64,000 bases of DNA from a virus: positions 2,597 to 66,596 of IMG/VR virus record IMGVR_UViG_3300019758_000001; one strand, 5' to 3'. The notes beneath the pieces were generated by a model, which had not been told where the DNA came from, did no database searches, and was given only the letters and a program-made list of their open reading frames with translations. Numbering within the stretch: position 1 is the stretch's first letter; each line of letters opens with the position of its first letter. Below are positions 28,525 to 37,700 of the stretch, piece by piece. The position numbers were made by a program, and so were the translations under genes.

Positions 28525-28824
28525 TTATTTATAATTAATTGAGTTGCTTAAATACTTAATACTATCGCTTGAATTCCTAACCTCTTCCCATACGAGATCA
28601 CTGAACATTATATCCTCCCTTATGTGATGCGGTAGGTGGTTAATTAATGCACATAAATTTTTACATGGCGTAAGTTTATTCCTAGTATCTGCAATATATT
28701 CATCTACGAAATCTTGAAGTAAGTCGTTAATGGTAGTATACCCTTTAGGCGTCCTCCCTAACTTCTCGCTTGGATCTAATCCCTGCTTCTTTAAAAACTC
28801 CGTAATACTAATTCTATGTTCCAT
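28525..28824 (-). CDS. Hypothetical protein
   Basis: ORF after TAGGTTTG promoter (28854-28861). Confidence 0.7.
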   Translation of the reverse strand: MEHRISITEFLKKQGLDPSEKLGRTPKGYTTINDLLQDFVDEYIADTRNKLTPCKNLCALINHLPHHIREDIMFSDLVWEEVRNSSDSIKYLSNSINYK

Positions 28825-28925
28825 CTTTTATATTTTTAGTTATTAATATATGACAAACCTACAACCTTTATTTTACAATTCCAAGGATTTGCGTGATTAA
28901 ATGCATTTTGTTATCTTGCAGGTAT

Positions 28926-29072
28926 ATGGGAAAGAAGTATCGTTACAAATGTCCACTGTGCAGGGGTTTTATCGCCGAGACAGACACAGAGACTAAAGTT
29001 ACGGCATATTGTAAGAAATGCCACGAGTATGTTAAGGGTAAGGAATTTAAACGCCCAAGAATACAAAAATAG
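28926..29072 (+). CDS. Com-like zinc-ribbon regulator (48 aa)
   Basis: MGKKYRYKCPLC...AYCKKCHEY; first gene of the late operon; below the ORF-track size cutoff. Confidence 0.7.
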   Translation: MGKKYRYKCPLCRGFIAETDTETKVTAYCKKCHEYVKGKEFKRPRIQK

Positions 29073-29079
29073 AGAATTT

Positions 29080-29127
29080 AACCTAGTGAGAGGTTTTTGG
29101 GAAACACCCAAGAACCTCTTTCTTTTT
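29080..29127 (+). promoter_or_regulatory. AACCTA-NN-GAGAGGT hairpin with U tract in the head-operon leader
   Basis: AACCTAGTGAGAGGTTTTTGGG-AAACA-CCCAAGAACCTCTTTCTTTTT. Confidence 0.7.
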
Positions 29128-29137
29128 ATATATAAAA

Positions 29138-29842
29138 ATGAGAGACAAAATCTTATTAAGACTTAAGGAGTTAAGAGGGACTGCGAATAAAGACGTGTCC
29201 GATAGAACTCTAGAAACATTCGCAACTCAATTAGAGGCGACAATTACTGAAGATGGTCAATTAGAGGCAGGGGTATTGCCATATAAAGGTATTATCGAGT
29301 CGATTCAGGGAAATTTCAATGCATTTGCAGCAGCGAACGCAAAACCAGTTGAACCAATAGTTAAGCCAGTAGAGCCAGTTGTTAAACCAGTTGAACCAGT
29401 AGAGCCAGTGAAGAAAGAAGGATTAACACTAGAGGATTTAACCGCAGCTATCACAGCAGCACAAGCTCCATTACTACAGGAGATTAACGCTATCAAAGAC
29501 GGCAACGTGAAAGCTAAAATGATTGAGGATGCAAAATTAGCTATCTCAGAGAAATTCCAATTGGAAGAGTCTGAAATGGCAGGTTCTAATTATATTCTTG
29601 AGCAGATCTCAGACCGAGACTTCGAGAACGTAGAAGCTTTTGTAACTTCATATGAAAGTGAATACAATAAGTTAAGAGCAGCGACAGGAATGGGAACTGT
29701 AATGCCAAAAGATAATAAGGTTCTAAATCCAGACGAGCCAGTTAAAGATTCTTGGGCAGAAAAGAAGAAAGCCGAAATTAAAGCTGCAGAAGATAGAAAG
29801 CAAGAAGCTCATGATAGAATTCATGGCGATAAAACAATTTAA
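29138..29842 (+). CDS. Capsid scaffolding protein
   Basis: Position before head genes; helical; KPVEPVV repeats. Confidence 0.7.
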   Translation: MRDKILLRLKELRGTANKDVSDRTLETFATQLEATITEDGQLEAGVLPYKGIIESIQGNFNAFAAANAKPVEPIVKPVEPVVKPVEPVEPVKKEGLTLEDLTAAITAAQAPLLQEINAIKDGNVKAKMIEDAKLAISEKFQLEESEMAGSNYILEQISDRDFENVEAFVTSYESEYNKLRAATGMGTVMPKDNKVLNPDEPVKDSWAEKKKAEIKAAEDRKQEAHDRIHGDKTI

Positions 29843-29852
29843 TAAGCAATAA

Positions 29853-30494
29853 ATGAGAACATTTAATAGCAATAGATCTTACAGCGAATCAGTTGGTGGA
29901 TCAATGAAGATTTACACAAAAGAAGTGTATCCTCTTCAGGGTGGTTTTCAAGTTGACGCAGCAGACTTACCTTTAGTGGGTAATGTGTTACCAGCAGGAA
30001 CGCCAATCAAGTGTGATGATACGGACAATAAAAAAGCTACGGTGCATTACGCATTTCAAGTTTTAGAAGATGTAGATGCAACTCACATTAAAGTTAAAAA
30101 GTATGGTGAGAATGTTTTAGCTAAAGTAGGTATGTTTTTGATGAAAGCTCCCGCAACAGCTACAACTACTGGTCAAGGATATGAAATTACTGGTATTGAT
30201 TCATCTGACGCAGAATTTGACATTTTAACAATGTCTGGCGATCTAGGTGAAGCTGCTAGCGATACTTTAGTTGAATGTGTAGCTGAGGCTGCTGATACTA
30301 CGATTAAAGTTCTCCCTAATGCTCTTTCTGTAGCTGACGTTTATGTTGATGCAATGGCATTCGATTTTGGTATTTCAGGCGCATTTATGTCACATGGTGA
30401 GGTTTACCAGCGTAGAATTTCTCCAATCGCTCCAGCAATCAAAACATATTTGAGAGAGAATGAAGTTTATTTCCGTTTCTCTAACTCTAAATAA
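29853..30494 (+). CDS. Head decoration/cement protein
   Basis: GGF...LPAGTPI; lies between scaffold and major capsid genes. Confidence 0.65.
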   Translation: MRTFNSNRSYSESVGGSMKIYTKEVYPLQGGFQVDAADLPLVGNVLPAGTPIKCDDTDNKKATVHYAFQVLEDVDATHIKVKKYGENVLAKVGMFLMKAPATATTTGQGYEITGIDSSDAEFDILTMSGDLGEAASDTLVECVAEAADTTIKVLPNALSVADVYVDAMAFDFGISGAFMSHGEVYQRRISPIAPAIKTYLRENEVYFRFSNSK

Positions 30495-30504
30495 GATATA
30501 AGAT

Positions 30505-31593
30505 ATGACAGTAAGAAATAAAACACAATATAATGTATCTAAGATCTTAGACGAGGGTACATTCCAAACCATTTCCGAAGTAGCTCACATGAGATACGAA
30601 ACAGGAATTTGGAGAGAATATGCAGATTTAGATAGAGTACAGCGTTCAAGAAGTTGGAACTCAATCGTAAAAGAGAATAACGTAGCTGTAATGGCGACTT
30701 TACTTGACGTAAACTCAGCTAAGCCATTAACTAGCCTTGGAGGTTATTCTAAGTATGGTGGGGATATTCCTAAGATTGGTATCGCATCTAAAATTGAAGA
30801 GCAAGATATCTTGAACATTCAAGAAATGAAAGCTTTCGGTGATGATCTTTCTGAGGATGACGCAAAAGAGTTGATTTATACTCCTCTTGAGACTTTATAT
30901 GAAGGTATCCATTCTAAACTTGACTTCTTTTGCTTACAAGGTGCTTCTACAGGTAATATCGTAGTTGACGTAACCAATCAGGTTAACGGTAAGTATATCG
31001 CAGTTGATCTTAATGTTCCTGCTGCAAATAAGAGAAGTGCTGGTACTGCATGGTCTGATCCTGCTGCTGAGCCAGTTCAACAATTGATCGCAGAGCAAGA
31101 GTACGCTGAAGACACATTGGATTTGAATCTTTCTGATTTCCACTGGGAAATGTCTAAGCAAACTTACAAGACTTTCATTACTCATCCAAAAGTAATCGAA
31201 TTTGCTAAGAACAGAGTACAGGCAGTGAATACTGACTATATCATGACTAAGAGTCAGATTAGAGCAGTCCTATCTGATTTCGGTTTAGCTCCTATCGTAA
31301 TTGTTGATAAGAAGTGTAAGTTTGATTCTGACGGTAAGAAAGTTGAGATTCAGCCTTGGGAGAATGACAACGTGGTATTAATCACAAATACTCCTTGGTT
31401 TGATATGAAACGTGCTAAGTCGGCATTATCTTCTGTAGATGATCCTTCTGCAATGATTTCAGAAGTTGAAGAGGTTATCGTAGCAGCTTCTACTTGGGAT
31501 GTTGAAACAATTACCAATAAGATTTCGGCTGAGGCTTGGATGTTCCCAGTGCCTAAAGACCCTAAGAAAATCTTAATTTTCGATATAGCATAA
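30505..31593 (+). CDS. Major capsid protein (lambda gpE-like)
   Basis: 362 aa; GDIPKI, VPAANK...WSD..A.P, AEAWMFPV. Confidence 0.85.
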   Translation: MTVRNKTQYNVSKILDEGTFQTISEVAHMRYETGIWREYADLDRVQRSRSWNSIVKENNVAVMATLLDVNSAKPLTSLGGYSKYGGDIPKIGIASKIEEQDILNIQEMKAFGDDLSEDDAKELIYTPLETLYEGIHSKLDFFCLQGASTGNIVVDVTNQVNGKYIAVDLNVPAANKRSAGTAWSDPAAEPVQQLIAEQEYAEDTLDLNLSDFHWEMSKQTYKTFITHPKVIEFAKNRVQAVNTDYIMTKSQIRAVLSDFGLAPIVIVDKKCKFDSDGKKVEIQPWENDNVVLITNTPWFDMKRAKSALSSVDDPSAMISEVEEVIVAASTWDVETITNKISAEAWMFPVPKDPKKILIFDIA

Positions 31594-31600
31594 TTATAAT

Positions 31601-31627
31601 GGGGAGTTAAACATCTCCCCTCATTTT
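31601..31627 (+). terminator. Intrinsic terminator after the capsid gene
   Basis: GGGGAG...CTCCCC hairpin with T-rich tail. Confidence 0.7.
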
Positions 31628-31633
31628 CCTTAT

Positions 31634-31972
31634 ATGACACCACAAGAATATTTATCTGGTTTATTTGACTATACATTTACAGCCGCCAATTACGCTTCTG
31701 TCTTTAAGAAGAGGGGTGTTGAGGATCTGGTAGATGTAGATAATAACACAGAAAAGAGTCTGGAATTATCTCAAGCTGACCTATACATGATATTATATAC
31801 TGCACTCTCAAAGGGTTCATCTTCCAAGAGTAAAGGCGATTGGAGTAAATCAGATGGTGGTGCTATGATTGGTGTGACCGACAGAAAGTCTTGGTTCAAG
31901 GAAGCTAACCGAATCTATAGAAAATACGGTGAAGGCACTTACTCTTTAACAGACGCTACAAACAGATGGTAG
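31634..31972 (+). CDS. Head-tail adaptor (DUF6706-like)
   Basis: Synteny; ANRIYRKYGE. Confidence 0.65.
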   Translation: MTPQEYLSGLFDYTFTAANYASVFKKRGVEDLVDVDNNTEKSLELSQADLYMILYTALSKGSSSKSKGDWSKSDGGAMIGVTDRKSWFKEANRIYRKYGEGTYSLTDATNRW

Positions 31973-32283
31973 AATTTGAATATCCTCACAACGTTATAAT
32001 CACTAGGGAAACCAACACTGGCTTTCCAGAAGACTCAGGTGTTCCGATAGATGTTTATATTGGAGAATGTGATGCTCAAGTTGGGGCCAGTGGAGAAACT
32101 TCACTGGTAGTAGATTGTGATTACACTGTCTTTATAAGCTCCACTTCGGTTGAGATTAAAAGAAGCGACAAAGTGGCGATTACATTCAATCCAACGTGGA
32201 ATGCTGTTGAGGGTACTGTAAAGCAGAAGGAATCAGTGATCGGATTTGGAACGACAATTTGGGTAACAGAATATGGCAACTGA
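31966..32283 (+). CDS. Head closure/stopper protein
   Basis: Synteny and size. Confidence 0.6.
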   Translation: MVEFEYPHNVIITRETNTGFPEDSGVPIDVYIGECDAQVGASGETSLVVDCDYTVFISSTSVEIKRSDKVAITFNPTWNAVEGTVKQKESVIGFGTTIWVTEYGN

Positions 32284-32719
32284 TAACAACAAGTTAATAT
32301 CTCAGGGGCTGGCTAGAGCGAAGCAAATAATGGATGCTCGAATATTAATCACGCTCAGAGAAACAGCTTTTGATCTAAAGAATGCTACCGAAGTCCCAGT
32401 TTGGACACACAATTTGTGGGATTCAATAGGATGTGGTATATTTAAGGATGGTGTTTTGATGGAGGTTGCATTTCCTTCTAAAGAAGCAGAAGAGCCAAGA
32501 ACGGACATATACGGCATAAGTGTACCAAAAAAGGATTACTGGGGTTATGATGAGTTAGAAGATATGGTTATGTCATATACTCCTGCTGCTAAAGGTTGGG
32601 TTTTATATTATGTCGCAGCAATGCCATACTCAGAATTAGTAGATAACCGAAATGACGTTGATGTCCTGAAGGAAGAATTAGTAAAACCGACTTTTTTAAG
32701 TCACGTAAGACGAATATGA
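32273..32719 (+). CDS. Neck/tail completion protein (HK97 gp10-like)
   Basis: PVWTHNLWDSIG...AAMPY..LV. Confidence 0.65.
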   Translation: MATDNNKLISQGLARAKQIMDARILITLRETAFDLKNATEVPVWTHNLWDSIGCGIFKDGVLMEVAFPSKEAEEPRTDIYGISVPKKDYWGYDELEDMVMSYTPAAKGWVLYYVAAMPYSELVDNRNDVDVLKEELVKPTFLSHVRRI

Positions 32720-33120
32720 TAGAATCTAAATTATCCATAAGTCGAATAGAGAAAGTTCTCAGGACAGTGATTAAAACCGCATATACTGGGTATGTGTCTT
32801 TTTCGAGCAGACCTCCAGATGTTGATGGTGGACTCGAAGATTTTATGGTAGTACAAGTGAACGGATCTGTCAATGGAATTATAGCGACAGATGAAGTTGT
32901 ATCTGGGAATGCAGTTGTCATGTTTGAATTATGGGCAAAAGATAAGGGAACATGTAAAGTAAAAAATGTTGATCGCTTGATTGGAATGAGAGATTTACTA
33001 ATGAGTATTATTCCTTATAATGATGGCGATTACAAAATAACATACAAGAACGAAGTGGGCGGCAGAGATAGACTCGGCTTTCACGGGGAATTCATTAATT
33101 TTAATTTAACAATAATATAA
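32716..33120 (+). CDS. Tail terminator protein
   Basis: Synteny before the major tail gene. Confidence 0.6.
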   Translation: MIESKLSISRIEKVLRTVIKTAYTGYVSFSSRPPDVDGGLEDFMVVQVNGSVNGIIATDEVVSGNAVVMFELWAKDKGTCKVKNVDRLIGMRDLLMSIIPYNDGDYKITYKNEVGGRDRLGFHGEFINFNLTII

Positions 33121-33124
33121 TATT

Positions 33125-33655
33125 ATGGCAGATACAGCAATGAGTCACACTATGGTTGTGAATAAAGGTACTGGAACGGTTTATTTAGCAGATCCAGAAA
33201 CAATTGATGTGGACACAGCGTGGGTTGAGGTCTTTAGAACCCTAAAGGACTCATTATCGATTACTCAGACTGCGCCCGACAAGACAGATATTTTCGTAGA
33301 TCAGGTTTCCAACCCGATTGCTTCTACTCTTGGAACAGGTGCTTTTGATATTGCATTTACAATTCCTGACTGTGCAGAAGAGGTATTGGCATACATGTTT
33401 GATACATCAACAGCAACATACGCTCCTGCAGGTAAAACTGGATTGAACGTATCAACTGCACTTAAAGTAGTTAATAAGATGTTTAGAGTTGACTTCGATA
33501 ACGAATCTTCTTTCATCGCAACAAACGTTGACCTTAATGGTGTTTTTGAAAAGACCGCAGATGGAACTTTCAATATTAACGTAACAGGTACAGTATTGGC
33601 TGCAAAAGGTGGAGCTTACGAGAACTCAGAATTAATCTTCTACAAGAAGTCATAA
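33125..33655 (+). CDS. Major tail tube protein
   Basis: Synteny; acidic and beta-rich; followed by a terminator. Confidence 0.75.
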   Translation: MADTAMSHTMVVNKGTGTVYLADPETIDVDTAWVEVFRTLKDSLSITQTAPDKTDIFVDQVSNPIASTLGTGAFDIAFTIPDCAEEVLAYMFDTSTATYAPAGKTGLNVSTALKVVNKMFRVDFDNESSFIATNVDLNGVFEKTADGTFNINVTGTVLAAKGGAYENSELIFYKKS

Positions 33656-33677
33656 TTCTTAAAGTAAATATAGATTT

Positions 33678-33712
33678 AATCCCCATAACGAAAGTTGTGG
33701 GGATTTTCTTTT
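33678..33712 (+). terminator. Intrinsic terminator
   Basis: AATCCCCATAAC-GAAA-GTTGTGGGGATT-TTCTTT. Confidence 0.85.
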
Positions 33713-33760
33713 GTCCCTATAATTCACTATATTACATTCTAAACCAAAATCAGAAAAGAA

Positions 33761-33976
33761 ATGAAATTAATCAATCTATTATTTGGAATGTCAGATGTTA
33801 TTAAGCTGGCTAGGGATTACGAGAAGGTATTAAGTGAACTTGCGCAATTAAAATTATACGTAATATTAAGAAGTCAAGGTGAAGATCATAAAACACTATA
33901 CTCGGACACTGAAGATATTCATGTTGTAATAAACCAGTTAGAGCAGTATGATTTTGTAAAAAAGGAGGAAGAATAG
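33761..33976 (+). CDS. Hypothetical protein
   Basis: ORF after a TATATTAC promoter-like box. Confidence 0.65.
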   Translation: MKLINLLFGMSDVIKLARDYEKVLSELAQLKLYVILRSQGEDHKTLYSDTEDIHVVINQLEQYDFVKKEEE

Positions 33977-34438
33977 ATGAAACAACCAAATGCAGAAATG
34001 CAAGCCTTATTGCACGAACTTAAGGAGGATAAGCCTTACGAGATTGAATTAGGCGGTAAAAAATACAAGGTGAAGTACCTTAAAGACAAACCAGCAGAGT
34101 TAGCGTCATACCAGTCTTTGAAATTAAGCGATTCGGCTCCAGAGTCAATTGAAGAGGCGATCAAGATGGCTGAGAAAGAAAGTGGCATTATGGCTAAATG
34201 TGTCTCATATCTCCTGCTTAATTCATACTGGAAGATTAAGTTATTCCATTGGATTCATTGGAGGTACTTAACATGGACTATGAGTAGACGAGCTTTAGCT
34301 TCTGGAGTTATTCACACTCAAATAGCAATCGATACAGAGTCTTTTACAATAGCTTCCTCATTTCTACGGGCAATGAACAATCTGAAAATGAGGGTGATGA
34401 AGGAGGAAGCAGAGCAATCGCAAGTAGAACCTGCGTAG
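33977..34438 (+). CDS. Tail assembly chaperone
   Basis: Between major tail and tape measure genes. Confidence 0.7.
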   Translation: MKQPNAEMQALLHELKEDKPYEIELGGKKYKVKYLKDKPAELASYQSLKLSDSAPESIEEAIKMAEKESGIMAKCVSYLLLNSYWKIKLFHWIHWRYLTWTMSRRALASGVIHTQIAIDTESFTIASSFLRAMNNLKMRVMKEEAEQSQVEPA

Positions 34439-34473
34439 GTGAGAAAAGCTCATTTCTAAAACAATTTCCTTGG

Positions 34474-34701
34474 GTGTCATCTTTTGAGTATGACTGGAAG
34501 ATTTCAATACACCTAAGGAGACTTATGTTTGCTGACGATGCAAGGATAGAATACGGCAAAAAGAAAACTCATATATCAGAAGATGAACGTGCAGAATTAA
34601 AAGCTGTAAATGATGAGATAGCAGCTAACTTGGCAGGCAATATCGCAAAAGCTAAAGAAAAGCGAGCGAGAAGAAAAGCTAAGGAAGATAACTCATTGTA
34701 G
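34474..34701 (+). CDS. Tail chaperone second ORF (gpT-like, -1 frame)
   Basis: Frame stays open upstream, overlapping the 3' end of the chaperone gene. Confidence 0.5.
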   Translation: MSSFEYDWKISIHLRRLMFADDARIEYGKKKTHISEDERAELKAVNDEIAANLAGNIAKAKEKRARRKAKEDNSL

Positions 34702-34743
34702 AATTGGAGGTTTTTTCGTATATTACTTAAATATATGAACCAA

Positions 34744-34783
34744 AACCTAATGAGAGGTGTCTGTAACGGATACCTCTCTTTTT
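34744..34783 (+). promoter_or_regulatory. AACCTA-NN-GAGAGGT hairpin with U tract in the tape measure leader
   Basis: AACCTAATGAGAGGTGTCTG-TAA-CGGATACCTCTC-TTTTT. Confidence 0.7.
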
Positions 34784-34795
34784 ATTATACAACAT

Positions 34796-37700
34796 ATGAG
34801 TGATAAGTTAGGAAGTCTTAGTTATGATTTAACTATAAATGAGCAGAAGCTAAATAAGGAGATTGAATCTATTGATGCTAAGTTAAAGTCAGCAAGTACT
34901 AGATGGGAGAAGCAATTATCCTTAAGCACTAAAAGCACTGCTGCATCTGCTAATAAGATATCTAGCGATCTACAGAAGCAATTTCAAGGTCAATTCACGG
35001 AGAGTATAAAATCCTTAACTACAAAGAATGATCAGCTTAAGATAATGGCTGACCAATATGGTAGGTTAGAGAAGGAGTCTCAAAAGGCATCTTTAGCTGA
35101 ACAAAAAAGGATACAAAGAGATATATCTGCTAACGAGAAACTAGCTAAATCTCAAGCTAAAAGAGTAAGTAAGAGTTTTCAAGGTCAGTTTACCGAGAGT
35201 ATAAGATCCCTAACTACGCAAAGCGATGAGCTTAAGAAGATGTCTAATTACTACAAGCAGTTAGAAAAGGACACTAATGCTTATTATAATAATTTAAGTA
35301 AAGAGACTAAAGAGGCTGCTAACGCCGAGAAGAAACATGCTCAGGCTTTAGAAAGGGCTGCGATTAAAGCTGAAAAGTTAGCTGAAAAGAAGCATAAAGA
35401 AACCTTGGCTCATAGAAAAAACGAAAGAGTATTAAAAACAAGCAATACGGAGTATAAAAAACAAGGTCTTTATCTTCAAAACCTAAGAACTCTCGCAGCT
35501 TCTTATGCTTCTATTTTCGCAGTGGCTAGAATTGCAGATAAGATTCGAGAAGTCACGGGTGAGTTTGAGTTACAAAACAAGGCGCTAGCTGCAATCTTAC
35601 AGAATAAAGAGAAAGCAGATCAACTTTTCGGGCAAGTGACTGATTTAGCCTTAAAATCACCATTTGCGATCAAGGAATTACTCACCTACACAAAGCAATT
35701 AGCAGCATATAGAATTGAGACTGAGAGCTTGATTCCGACATTGACTCAATTAGCGGATGTGAGTGCGGGTCTTGGTGTAGATATGTCGCGTTTGATTTTG
35801 GCTTATGGTCAAGTTAAGGCAGCTTCTGTTTTACGTGGGACTGAATTACGTCAGTTCACAGAAGCAGGAATACCTCTAGTTCAGTTACTTGCGGATAAAT
35901 TCTCTATATTAGAAGGTCGTGTCGTGTCAACGAATGAGGTGTTCGATAAGATATCTAATCGTATGGTATCATTTGCTATGGTGTCTGAGGTTTTTGAAGA
36001 TATGACATCAGAAGGTGGTACGTTCTTCGAGGCTCAAGCTGTACAAGCCAAAACACTTGCGGGTATGTGGAATATCCTTGGAGATGCTATTGATAAAGCG
36101 ATGTTCGCTATCGGTACTGAGAATATGGATGTTCTTAAGGGCGCTGTTCAGGGAGCTACAGATTTAACTAGAAGTTGGGAAGGTATTGCTAGAGCACTAG
36201 GTATTGCAGTTAAATCATTCGGAGTTGGGGTTGTAGCTCAGAGGTTGTTTCTCGGAGCAACAGGCAAGACTATAGTTTCGTTATACAGACAATCTATTGC
36301 GTTTGAAAAATCCACATTTGCACAAAAGAGGGCGACCGCTGAGATGTTAAGGGGGAATATCGCTGCAAATAAGACAATAAAGGGATTAAAGGCATTGAAA
36401 GGGGCATTGGGCGGTATAGCGTTTGGAGCTGTGGCTGGGCTAGGGTTTGCGCTGTACGATACCTATGTAGAGGCTGGCAGACTTAATAAGGAGTTAAATG
36501 AGCTGTCAAGTAGTGAGTTAGTGAGAGGTAAGAAGCTTGCTGACGGGTTTAAAGACATGGCAAGGGCTGTAACAGAAGCTGCTGACGGGTCTAAAGATCA
36601 GAGGGATGCGCTAGTGGATTTAAATAGAGTATATAAAGATTATATTCCCAATCAGTCATTAACCATAGACAATCTGAAGGTTATGGGTGATAATTATGAT
36701 TCGGTAACAGAGGCTATAGACAGGAAAATTGAAGCTCAAGCTAGAGAGAAGGCGGCTGATGTTATAAATAAGGAGTTCACTGAAAAATCAGAGAAGGCTT
36801 CTGGTAAATTTATAGATGCTTTAATTAATACAGGTAAGTTGACTAAAGAGCAAGCTGTGATATTTGCTGGCAACTTCGGGGATTCGTTTAAAAAAGCACT
36901 AGAGTCTGGCGATGAGTTTGAGTTTGGTAAGGAATTGCGCGATAATTTATCATCATTCCTAGAAACAGACTTGGTTGATGAATGGGGTACTAGTGTATTA
37001 AGAAACTACACTGACGTAACAGAGTCGGCTAGGGAATTCTTGATTGCATTCAGAGATCATAATGCAGAGCTAGAAAAGTCTAAAGATTCTTACGATGCTT
37101 TATTCCCTAAAAACAAAGGTAGATATACGTCAGAGATAAATAATCTTAAAGAACTTAGTTCGGCTTACGAAAACACAATCAAAAAGATAGATGCTACTGG
37201 TGATTTAACCAACGAGGAAGCTGAGACTAAAAAACTTGAAGCTCAAAAAAACAGAATATTAGCAACTATAAAATTATATGAAGATTTAGCCAAAGAGAAA
37301 GCTGAGTCAGAAGATGACAATTACTCCTTACTGAAAATACAGGCAGCTAAAAATGAATTAAAAGGCCTAGTTAAAGAGCAGGATAATTATGTAGAATCGG
37401 TAAGGAGAGCAATTAAAGAAGCTGGTGTTGGCGGTGCTTTTATAGTTACGGAGCAGGAGGCTGATGACACCTCTAAGCATCAAGCTAGGATTGCTAAAGC
37501 ATATGAAGAATCGGCTAACGAAATAGCAATAGCTAAAGAGAAGGTGAAAAGACTAAAAAGTATTGGTGTTGTTTTAGATGAAGATTCTAGTGAGGTTAAG
37601 GATTTGCAGAGGCGAATCAAAGAGAGAGAATTGCTAAATAAACTACTTTTTGACTCGTTGAGAATTGAAGATAAGGATGGAATTTCTGATGCGGAAAAAG

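Noticed and set aside
29340-29410. Tandem DNA repeat
   Set aside because: Encodes the KPVEPVV low-complexity linker of the scaffolding protein
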